DNA of 63,871 nt, counting the filler, from Octopus bimaculoides (lineage: Eukaryota): assembly GCF_001194135.2 (NCBI RefSeq). It is 6 parts of 5 records of this genome, joined end to end, with 100 filler letters (N's around TTAATTAATTAA, not from the genome) between each part and the next. Parts side by side here need not be neighbours in the genome. Positions count along the whole stretch, not along the records: positions 1 to 28,987 come from NC_068996.1; 5 more parts are not named here. One strand, 5' to 3'. The position numbers and the translations under genes are program-made. This document shows positions 11,067 through 20,999 of this stretch, piece after piece. Under the pieces are notes generated by a model, which worked only from the letters and a program-made list of their open reading frames with translations, made no database searches and was not told where the DNA came from. Each line of letters starts with the position of its first letter. The stretch's first letter is position 1.

Positions 11067-11488
11067 CTCTTTACTCTTTATTTTTTTACTTCTTTCAGTC
11101 ATTTGACTGCGGCCATGCTGGAGCACCGCCTTTTTAGTCAAGCAAATCGACCCCAGGACTTATTCTTTGGATGCCTAGTACTTATTCTATCGGTCTCTTT
11201 TGCTGAACTGCTAAGTTACAGGAACGTAAACACACACTAGCATCGGTTGTCAAGTGATGCTGTGGGGACAAACACAGACACACAAACATATACACACACA
11301 TACATATATATATATACATATATACGATGGGCTTCTTTCAGTTTCTGTCTACCAAATCCACTCACAAGGCTTTGGCCGGCCCAAGGCTATAATAGAAGAC
11401 ACTTACCCAAGGTGCCACGCAGTGGGACTTAACCCGGAGCTATGTAGTTGGTAAGCAAGCTACTTACCACACAGCCACTCCCACGCCT
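11067..11488 (-). mobile_element. Full-length family-A SINE (head, internal TA/TG microsatellite, body, GAGTAAAA-type tail) flanked by (TA)n
   Basis: All modules present: head (11325-11488), microsatellite, body (GTCCCC...TTGACAACCGATG...GTAACTTAGC...GGCGGTGCTCCAGCATGGCCGCAGTCAAATGACTGAAA), tail. Confidence 0.9.
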
Positions 11489-11502
11489 ATATATATATAT
11501 AT

Positions 11503-13803
11503 ATCATCATCATCATCATCATCATTGTTTGACGTCCGTTTTCCATACTGGCATGGGTTGGACAGCTTGACTGGTGACTGGCAAGCCATGAGGCTGCACC
11601 AGGCTCCAATCTGATCTGGCAAGGTTTCTACAGCTGGATGCCCTTCCTAATGCCAACCACTCCGAAAGTGTAGTAGGTGCTTTTTTCGTGCCACCGGCAC
11701 AGGAGCCAATCAGACAGCACTGGCATCGGCCACACTTGGATGGTGCTTATCATGTGCTATCAGCATTGGTAATGGTCACAACTACAATTTCCCTTTGATT
11801 GTGATTTGATTTGATTTTGATTATGAATTTACTTGACTCTATAGGTCTCCTCTCAAAAGGTACTCTTTAAATGGGCTGGTTATGCGACACTGATGTGGGC
11901 TACAGCTGTGACCTCACTTTCCTTGCCAGGTTTTCTCAATTACAGCATATCTTCAGAGGTCTCGGTCTTTCATCATTGCCTCTGTGGAGCCCAATGTTTG
12001 GAGATCATGCTTTACCACCACGTCTCAAGTCTTCCTTGGTCTACCTCTTCCACGGGTTCTTTCCACTGTTAGGGAGTAACACTTCTTCACACAGCTCTCC
12101 TCGTCCATATGTAGCACATGACCATACCAGCAGAGTCATCTCTCTTGCACATCACATCTGATGCTTCTTATGTCAAACATTTCTCTCGGGGCGCTTACAC
12201 TCTGTCATGTGTACGCACTCTGACATTACACATCCAGCAAATCATACTAGCTTCATTTCTTTTGAGCCTATGTATGTCTTCAACAGTCACAGCCCATGTT
12301 TCACTGCTGTGAAGCATAGCAATTCGCACACATGCATTGTACAATCTACCTTTCATTCAGAGTGAGAGGCCTTTTGTCACCAGTAGAGGTAAGAGCTTTC
12401 TGAACTTTGCCCAGGCTATTCTTATTCTAGTGGCAATGCTCTCTGAGTATTCCTCCTCACCACAGACTTGGTCACCTAGGTAGCGGAAGCTATCAACTAC
12501 TTCTAGTTTCTCTCCCTGTCATGTGATGGAATCAGTTTTCTGAGCATCTACAGTGCTTATTGCTCCTGTGCATCTACTGCACAAAAAGCTACCTTCCTGG
12601 TTAACCTGAAGGGGTTTGTGATGTGTTTGCCTTCTTACTTACTAGGATTTTGGTTTTTGCAACATTGACTCTAAGGCCCTTCGATTCTAAACCTTGCTTC
12701 CAAACCTGAAATTTCTTCTCTAGTTCTGGTAGTGATTCCACTATGAGAGCAAGGTCATCAGCATAGAGGAGCTCCCAGGGGCAGCCTGTCTTGAATTCCT
12801 GTGTTATTGCCTGGAGGACTATGATGAATAAGAGGGGGATGAGGGCTGATCCTTGGTGAACCCCTACTTCTACCCAGAATTCTTTGATATACTCATTGCT
12901 GACCCTTGCCTTACTAATGGCATCCCTGTACAAGGCCTGTACAACTCTTATTAACCACTTGTCAATCCCCAGTTTCCACATCGCTCACCAGATAGGGGAT
13001 TGGGGGACCCTGTCAAAGGCTTTCTCCAAGTCCACAAAAGCCAAATATAGGTGTTTATCTTTGGCTAGGTATTTCTCCTGCAGTTGCCGTACCAGGAATA
13101 TAGCATCAGTGATGCTTCTACCTGGCACAAAACCGAACTGCCTCTCATCTAAGCAGACTCTGTCCCTAATTAGTTGGGCTGTGACCCTCTCTATGACCTC
13201 CATCACCTGATCCAGCAGTTTGATACCCCTATAGTTATTTTTATCTAAAGTATCACCTTTACCTTTGTAGCAGTTGATTATGGTGCTGCCATGTCAGTTA
13301 TTGGGTACAACTCCTTTGTGAACTACCTGGTTTACAATACAGGTGACTAGGCCATGACCCACACCACCAGATATTTTAAGCATCCCAGCAGTGATTCCTG
13401 ATGGGTCGGGGGCTTATCCTGACTTCATATCCTTAATTGCTTTATCTACCGGGGTGCTATCTATTTGGATAGCTGGTCCCTCTACTCGGTCAACATTCGG
13501 CAGGCTCTCTTCCTCCCATTCATTCTCCATATTCAGCAGCCTTTCATAATGGTTTCTCCAAGCTTCTTTCTTTTCAGAATCATTAAAAGCAAGTGCACCA
13601 TCATCCATGCAGACACATTTCTCTCCTGTGACATCACAATTTTCTCTCACTGTCTTGCAATTCAAAATACTTCAGTTCTTTGGTCCTCACGTTACTGAAC
13701 ATTGGCAAACTTCTTCTTTTCTACTTCTCCTTTAGCTATGTATACCTGTCACCCAGCCTCCCTTCTGGCTGATACAATTCCTTGCTACCCCAACTCTTCC
13801 ATG
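11503..13803 (-). mobile_element. RTE-clade LINE, 5'-truncated, frameshifted, with RT domain, 3'UTR and (GAT)n tail
   Basis: Minus-strand ORFs give QFGFVPGRSITDAIFLVRQLQEKYLAKDKHLYLAFVDLEKAFDRVP and GVHQGSALIPLLFIIVLQAIT...LLYADDL...GLRVNVAKTK; (ATC)n at 11503-11526 is the tail. Confidence 0.95.
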
Positions 13804-13831
13804 CACATATGTATGTATTCTATGAACATAT

Positions 13832-14005
13832 AGGTGCAGGTGTGGCTATGTGTTAAGAAGCTTGCTTCCTAACCACATGGTTCTCAGTTCAGTCCCACTG
13901 CGTGGCATCTTAGGCAAGTGTCTTCTACTATAGCCTCGGGCTGACCAAAGCCTTGCGAATGGATTTGGTAGACAGAAACTGAAAGAAGAAGTCCGTTATA
14001 TATAT
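13832..14005 (+). mobile_element. Family-A SINE head
   Basis: Same head as 7965-8130. Confidence 0.85.
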
Positions 14006-14073
14006 AAATATATTTGACAGGAAGGACAACAAAAGAAAGAAAGAGACCTCGATATTATGCAAATAGAGGAATT

Positions 14074-14150
14074 TATCTGTAAAAATATGTGACACTTATT
14101 CAGTAGCCATGATATCATGGCTACTGAATAAGTGTCACATATTTTTACAG

Positions 14151-14153
<3 letters not shown>
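14074..14153. repeat. Perfect 80-bp palindrome with no spacer
   Basis: TATCTGTAAAAATATGTGACACTTATTCAGTAGCCATGAT|ATCATGGCTACTGAATAAGTGTCACATATTTTTACAGATA, 40/40. Confidence 0.95.
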
Positions 14154-14182
<29 letters not shown>

Positions 14183-14322
14183 CTCCTCTATTTTTTAATT
14201 ATTATAAATTTTCCACTGAGGTGGGAGCTGGTTTCCAACAAAGATACANNNNNNNNNNATGTGACACTTATTCAGTAGCCATGATATCATGGCTACTGAA
14301 TAAGTGTCACATATTTTTACAG

Positions 14323-14349
<27 letters not shown>

Positions 14350-14354
<5 letters not shown>

Positions 14355-14910
14355 CTCCTCTATTTTTTAATTATTATAAATTTTCCACTGAGGTGGGAGC
14401 TGGTTTCCAACAAAGATACAAGGCTCCATCTTTGAGATGTAGTTAACACAGACAAATTCACATTTGGAACTTGAGAAAAGTCTTACATATTTTTACTGTT
14501 CTACTCATAGGTTGGACATGTAATGTACGAACAAGCCACTCAATTTCTCTTTCTGAAAATCCTAGTTTATCCAGATTCTCCTTTAAGCATTTACTAACAA
14601 AACCTAGTGCTCCAATTATTCTTGGTATGAATATGAATTCATAGTCTGGATATAGAGGTTTCGAAGTAGTTGTCCATCAATATCCTCTTTTTTTCTTTGA
14701 TTTTCAAAGAGATATTTATATCTGCAGGGTAGCTAATCTCTATGATGGTACATACCTTTGCCCCTCTGTCCCAAACAACCATATCCGGCCTGTAATGTTT
14801 ACATTTGACAGAAGTTTTGATGGGAATATTCCGCCAGTATTCCTTGAGTTGGTGTTTATGAATGTATTCCATAACAGAGGGATTTTTGAAGTTTATTTCT
14901 GGACAGTCTT
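14350..14910 (-). mobile_element. R4/Dong-like RLE non-LTR retrotransposon 3' fragment, copy 1
   Basis: Minus strand: YWRNIPIKTSVKCKHYRPDMVVWDRGAKVCTIIEISYPADINI..KIKEK (frameshift) YPDYEFIFIPRIIGALGFV..CL..NL..LGF...VKICKTFLKF; PD...E/D...K RLE motif; (ATGT)n on both sides. Confidence 0.8.
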
Positions 14911-14949
14911 TTTATGTATGTATGTATGTATGTATTTATGTATATTTGT

Positions 14950-15085
14950 ATGTGTATATATGTAAGTATGTGTGTTCGCGTGCTTGTGTTTGTCCCCTCA
15001 TCACTGCTTGACAACCAGTGTTGGTGTGTTTATGTCTCCGTAACATAATGGTTTGGCAAAAGAGACGGTAGAATAAGTAAAGACT
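14950..15085 (+). mobile_element. Family-A SINE body fragment
   Basis: TTTGTCCCCTCATCACTGCTTGACAACCAGTGTTGGTGTGTTTATGTCTCCGTAAC...GGCAAAAGAGACGGTAGAATAAGTA. Confidence 0.75.
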
Positions 15086-15089
15086 CTGT

Positions 15090-15470
15090 CCAGTAATGAA
15101 TGACCATGGGATTGCACCAAGAAAGTTACCCACCGAGGCACAAGTCCAGGCAAGGTTGTTTACAGAAGACCAGCAGTGATCCATGCATACCAGCACCCCC
15201 TCTCCAAGCCACTGATGTTATCCAAGGGAATGGCAAAGAACCATACAGCTTGGCACCAGTGACGTCGCAACTCATTTCTACAGATGAGTGAATGGGATCA
15301 ACGTGAAATAAAGTGTCTTCCTCAAGAACACAATACACTTTATTTCACATTGCTCCAGTTCATTCAGTTGTGACATCACTGGTGCCAAGCTGCATCAGCC
15401 TTTGCCTTTCCCTTGGAAACTCTTCAAGGCAGTGCTCCAGTATGACTGCAGGCAAATGACCAAAACAAGA
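15090..15470. mobile_element. Two oppositely oriented fragments of a family-C-related SINE
   Basis: 15245-15318 (AGCTTGGCACCAGTGACGTCGCAACT...AACGTGAAATAAAGTG) is inverted relative to 15336-15392 (CACTTTATTTCACATTG...GTTGTGACATCACTGGTGCCAAGCT); CACTT.ATTTCACGTTGCTCCAGT is shared with 17152-17411. Confidence 0.6.
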
Positions 15471-15529
15471 GTTAATTTTTACCAGCCACCTGCTTATTAG
15501 CAAGGCTATGAAGGAAAGCATCTTGTTTT

Positions 15530-15905
15530 ATTCATTCCGCTTTAAATCTTAAGAAGGTCTTGCAGATTTTTATCGTCCCAGATATCTGATCATTTGTAGC
15601 TTATGAATTAAGCAGTTGCATTCTCTCTCCAAGAACTCAAGTTCAACCATATTTTTCCCCAGGCAGTTTTGTACCTATTCTGTTGTTCCAATAATAACAG
15701 GTATGAAATTGAAAGTATATCTTGGGTACTAGATTTGCTAGCTCCTTACCAATGGTCTTTAGAAGTTTTCTTTCTCCTATATTTTTCGGATCACACTAGT
15801 GTCCGGAGAGCACAGATTTCCATAACAGAGCGTGTCTTTTTCTTGTCCCAAATAACAATATCTAGCTAGTTGTGTTTGAACATAGTGGTTGTTTTAATTT
15901 TCAAG
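15530..15905 (-). mobile_element. R4/Dong-like RLE 3' fragment, copy 2 (more decayed)
   Basis: Minus strand: KTTTMFKHN*LDIVIWDKKK...MEIC..D...KI*EKEN...YPRYTFNFIPVIIG...CL..NM..LEF...KICKTFLRF; homologous to 14430-14870. Confidence 0.7.
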
Positions 15906-16666
15906 TTTCACCAATATTCTTTTGACCCATCTGTCTCGATAGAGTCAACTTAGTTGGTATTTTTTTTTGTCTTCTTCTGTTCCAGACTGTTCTAGTCATT
16001 GCATAAAAAGAGAAGGAAAAAAAACTAATTAGAACTAAAACATATAACCTCAATTAAAAACTAGCTTACCAGAATATTTTATTTCAACTCAATACAGTCA
16101 ACAAGTCTGTAGCTGTACTAATCATTTGAAGCCCTGTCAGTTCAGTAATGGGAAAAGGCCACAGTGTGTCAAATGTCCACATTTGGCAGTGACTATCCTG
16201 TTCTGGCGTAATCAAATGGTGGCAAGATTAATTGGAAATTCCATGCAACTTCACACAAAATCATGGTTATAAATTGAGATACATGGAAAATATTTTGCAA
16301 TGGTCTCATAACTATGCCATTCCAATCTCATGCGAAAAGATCACATCCTGCCAAGGCCAAGGAAATAATATTTTCTCCTCTTGCCAAGCATACATTCTCA
16401 TATGCTAGCATAACAGCGTTTTGCAATGTAACCAATTATAACATCAATCTGTAAATAAACATGTAAATAAGGTCAAAGCATCGTGACCTGATTGTGTGCT
16501 GTCTGGTAAACTAATCCAGTTCCAAGTGAATCAGTTCTACAAGGCATTGTAAGGCAGCCAAACTTCCATATTAGACGTTGTCGACAAGTTAAAATTATTT
16601 CGGATAAAACTTGAAAACTGCAAAATGGAAAATGGAAGACAAAATGCATTTTAAAAGTACAAATCA

Positions 16667-16883
16667 TAGGCAGTGGGCTAGCAGAAATGTTAGCACACCA
16701 GGCGAAATGCTTAGCAGTATTTTGTATGTCTTTACATTCTGAGTTCAAATTCTGCTGAGGTCGACTTTGCCTTTCATCCTTTCGAGGTTGATAAATTAAG
16801 TACCAGTTGCATACTAGGATCGATCTAATCGACTGGCCCCCTCCCCATAAATTTCAGGCCTTGTGCCTAGAGTAGAAAAGAAT
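16667..16883 (+). mobile_element. Monomeric family-B SINE with 11-bp TSD
   Basis: Complete monomer; TSD AGTACAAATCA at 16656-16666 and 16884-16894. Confidence 0.9.
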
Positions 16884-17151
16884 AGTACAAATCAGACATG
16901 GGCAACTTTTTTGGGAAGCAGGTCACATGGGACAAGCCTCATCATCAGGCTAATTTTTTTTGTTGGTGTGCCATTCGGAAAGACATCTAGGCTGCAGTGT
17001 TTCCATGACTACTATAAATAAAAGCCTTACATCGCTGGAAGTAGAGGGCAACAATGAAGTCCATGTGATGTCCATATGCATTCTGTTTTGCCACATGAGG
17101 AATTAGATTCCTTTTTTTCCTGAAATTTGTAAATTGTATTATCAAACCCAT

Positions 17152-17411
17152 GTGGAGGTGCGTGGCTGAGTGGTTAGGGTGTCAGCATCATGATCGTAAG
17201 ATTGTGGTTTCGATTCCTGGACCAAGCGACGCGTTGTGTTCTTGAGCAAAACACTTCATTTCACGTTGCTCCAGTCCACTCAGCTGGCAAAAATGAGTAA
17301 CGCTGCGATGGACTAGCGTCTCGTCCAGCTGGGGAACACATATGCCATTGAAACCGGGAAACCGGGCCCATGAGACTGGCTAGGCTTTAAAAAGGGCGCA
17401 TTTATTATTTT
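17152..17411 (+). mobile_element. Family-C tRNA-derived SINE with 15-bp TSD
   Basis: GTGGAGGTGCGTGGCTGAGTGGTTAGGG...GGTTTCGATTCC (A/B boxes), core TTCTTGAGCAAAACACTTCATTTCACGTTGCTCCAGTCCACTCAGC...GCGATGGACTAGCGTC; TSD TATTATCAAACCCAT at 17137-17151 and 17412-17426. Confidence 0.9.
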
Positions 17412-17779
17412 TATTATCAAACCCATACTCTGTGAGATCATAATCACCTTTGTCAAAACTTCATTCTTCTAAATCTAACCTACTGGATCTATCATCTTAT
17501 GAANNNNNNNNNNNNNNNNNNNNNNNNNNNNNNNNNNNNNNNNNNNNNNNNNNNNNNNNNNNNNNNNNNNNNNNNNNNNNNNNNNNNNNNNNNNNNNNNN
17601 NNNNNNNNNNNNNNNNNNNNNNNNNNNNNNNNNNNNNNNNNNNNNNNNNTATATATCTCCCTACACACACTGCATGTACAAATAAAGGCTCTATGAATTT
17701 AACCAATACATAAAAGAAAGAAAACACACTAACACAGATGTGTATGCCCCCACCCCTGTAAAGGTTATACATATAATAC

Positions 17780-18110
17780 CACTACACAAATCCCATTTCC
17801 ACATGAACACCAACCTTAAGGACACACACATTTCCCACAAGCTTTTCCAGAAAACTCTTACCAACTTGCTACATAACCACCCCAGTGGCAATGTTTTGGC
17901 ACCAAACTCTGTCCCCTACTCATTTCGTTTTACCATCTTTTTCACAGCAACTGCAAACCGGATGTGTCTGTTCACCTCCAACAATAGAGAGCAGTTGCCA
18001 TATTTCATTCCATAACGGCTGCCTCTGATGAGTACAGGGTTACATAATCAAATTGTTACCCTAACACTCTGTACAATCCCTAGCATGAAACCTATTGGTA
18101 AGGTCAGCCA
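17780..18110 (+). mobile_element. Decayed Penelope-like fragment ending in a hammerhead-bearing 3' segment
   Basis: ORF 17740-18015 has weak PLE thumb-like text (KLFQK..TN.LH.H......NSVPYS); hammerhead fold at 18017-18109. Confidence 0.45.
18017..18109 (+). ncRNA. Type-I hammerhead ribozyme motif with a damaged GAAA box
   Basis: Stem I GGCTGCCT (18017-24) / AGG(T)CAGCC (18101-09); CTGATGA (18025-31); stem II GTACAG / CTGTAC (18032-37 / 18069-74); GAAA decayed to AAT; stem III CC..GG; GTA triplet 18098-18100. Confidence 0.65.
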
Positions 18111-18167
18111 TTACGGATATACAATACTGTACACTTCAATGATATATATGTGTATGTATATATATGC

Positions 18168-18205
<38 letters not shown>

Positions 18206-19734
18206 TAGGTTATCAGATAAATTCATAAGTTTGCTCTCCCCTGCCATTTATTTTCATCTTTTCCAAAGATATTTGAATTAACATGAAAAATATTTTTATT
18301 GTAGTATTTCATGGTTTTTTTGTAGTTCTATTCTGCCTCTATTGTTTTTGAAATCTGAATAAATTTTACTTACTTTCAGGTATATATCAATGGAGTGCCA
18401 AGTAGAAAAAAACGACAAAAAAAAAACAAATAGATTAATTTAACAAACCAACAGATTTGCTGCAAAGAATAAATAGATTGTTTACAAATGTTATTTAGAA
18501 AAATGACAAAATTTCTGCTTGTACAACACCTTGACACATCCAACAATGTTTCATCATCACTAAAAATAATGAAGAATTTTTGTATTATCACATTATATCG
18601 AATCAAAACATCAGCTTAATACATTAAGAAACCTAACAATGTTATTGTAGTGAGGCTTAGAATTGAAACCTTGTTAGCTCAGTAATGAGAAACAAGTCAG
18701 AACACATCAGGTAATATTAGCCCAATTGTCAACCAATCATATTTGTTATAAAGCAGTGTTCTGTCACTGTTGTATCTGTCTTTGTACAACCGCTGTTGCT
18801 CTGGCAGATATTGTTATACTCTGAAGTCGTTGATATGATGTTTCTATCTGGCACTGTACGACCCCCCCCCAGTCATACAATATTATTATCCTCAAAAGTT
18901 TGGGGTCATTATAATACCCACTCAGTATCACAGTATAATTACTAGATCAGTACAGACACGACTATCAACACAATCTAACACATACTCCTGTACTCTAAGT
19001 ACTCTCTGGATACTGGCTGACATCACTTTACATATAGTGACTGGATCATTTCACTCACCATATGGGAGGGGTGTACCATTATTACTAATTTTCTACAACA
19101 ATATTATAGCTGGGATCATTTGATTAAACGATTTTGAGTGGAATTTTCTATATCGTTTTATCTCCCAAACTTGGCTAAAAATCAAATTGCACACCACAAT
19201 AAAAACAGAGATATAAGAAATCAATCAGAAGACAGATTTCCTTATTGCTGCTTGGTCCTTGGCTAAACAAATTGTTTGTTCACCATGGACATGTGATTTT
19301 TCCCACTCTCACATCATGAATAAGTAACCATTAAATATTGTTGTCAAAATTACACTTATTCTCTTTCTTATCTCCATTATATTTCGCACACAATTTTCTG
19401 CACATTTTATTAATGTTGACAGTATTGTGACCCTGTAATTTTCAGCAGATAACTTTCTGCATGACGCTGCATTCTAGATCTCCATTTCATTACTGTGCAT
19501 AATTTGTTTTATGATGTCTTTTCTTTCGTAGTTTTATGCACATATTACCCAAAGTTCATTGGCATTGTAATGATTTCACTACCCTTTTATTCTCATTCAT
19601 TTGTTAATCCTCTGGCATCCTCACTGGTGAGGGAATACTTATCAAAGCTTAGAATCAAAACCTTGTTAGCCCAGCAATGAGGATTAGGCAGCAACACATC
19701 AAACAATGTTAGCCTGATTGTCAACCAATAGCTG

Positions 19735-19875
19735 AGATATTCCACCAAGGTCGACTTTGTCTTTCATAACTCTGTGGTCAATAAAATAAGTACCAGTTGA
19801 GCATGGGGGTTGATGTAATCAACTTACTCCTTCCCCTGAACTTGCTGGCCTTATGCCAAAATCTGGAGCTAATAT
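19735..19875 (+). mobile_element. Family-B SINE 3' fragment
   Basis: AAGGTCGACTTTGTCTTTCAT...AATAAAATAAGTACCAGTTGAGCATGGGGGTTGATGTAATC. Confidence 0.75.
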
Positions 19876-20294
19876 AGTGGTTGGGACCACTCAATCATTC
19901 GATTTTGAGTGAAATTTTCTATATTTTTCCTGTCCAAACTTGGCTACAAATCAAATTGCATGCCACAATAAAACCAGGGGCATAAAAGACAAACACAAGA
20001 GATCAAGTTTCTTGGTCGCTGCTTGGCCCTGGGCAAAATGAAAGTGTACACTCACTAATTAACATCTAATTTTCTCATCTCTCACAACATAAATAATTAA
20101 CTGTTAAACTCTTAATTAAAACAATTACAGCATGGAAGGTGTTTATAAGCATTTTAAAAACACAAAAAACATTAGATTCACTTCAACATTTAAATTTAAT
20201 TTGTCAAAATATTTTTGTCACTTTGAAACCGCGACCTGTTCACTGACAAAATTCCATGCTGCATTTTATATGGACTCTGGTTGAGAATCACTGG

Positions 20295-20748
20295 ACTGTT
20301 TTTAATGCTTATTGTTCCTGCACATTTGCCACACACAAAGGTGACCTTATCTGTTAATTTAACTACGATTCCAAATGTAGGCTTATGTATCCATAGCTTA
20401 CATTTGGTATAGCAAATGAAATTATTTCCCATTCCTTTCTTACAAATTGAGAAGGGCCATTTATCTGACAAAATTAGAATCTTATCTGCTTTCTTGCTAA
20501 CAACCACTTTTGTCTTAGTTAGGTTAACTCTAAGGCCCTTTGACTCCAAGTTTTGCTTGCATACCTGGAATTTCTTCTCCATTTCTGCTACAAATTCTGC
20601 AATAAGAACAAGGTCATCAGCATTTAGTAGTTCACATTGGCATCCAGTTTTGAATTCCTCTGTTATGGCCTGGAGGATTATGATGAATAGGAGTGGACTA
20701 AGAACTGAGCCCTGGTGAACCCCTACCTGTATGTTAAATTCATCATCC
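20295..20748 (-). mobile_element. RTE LINE internal fragment (RT core plus Cys-rich segment)
   Basis: VGVHQGSVLSPLLFIIILQAITEEFKTGC..ELLNADDL...GLRVNLTKTK...KWPFSICKKGMGNN..C..CKLWIHK...FVCGKC. Confidence 0.9.
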
Positions 20749-20792
20749 ATACACACACATGCACACACACACACACACAAACACACACAAAA

Positions 20793-20847
<55 letters not shown>

Positions 20848-20999
20848 ATATGCACACACACAAGAAATTCTTGGAAAAGTAGAAAGAGGAGGTATTTCAA
20901 TACAGCACTCATCTTAGACTTGACACTACTTACACTTGTAAATTGCAGTCTTAAGTAAGATTGAAATTCTTCTGGGGTAGAAAATCCAGGTGTCACATA

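Noticed and set aside
14089-14420. ~160-bp direct duplication including a second copy of the palindrome
   Set aside because: Near-identical copies sit on either side of an 11-N gap; typical unmerged contig overlap.
16890-17100. Possible hAT MITE (CAGACATGGGCAAC...TTTTGCCACATG); similar hint at 24820-24903
   Set aside because: Right TIR too degenerate and no 8-bp TSD seen.
18380-18433. Possible terminal exon VYINGVPSRKKRQKKNK* after TTACTTTCAG
   Set aside because: The same bases also form a perfect minus-strand donor (GAAA|GTAAGT); basic residues come from A-runs; no partner exon or homologue recognised.
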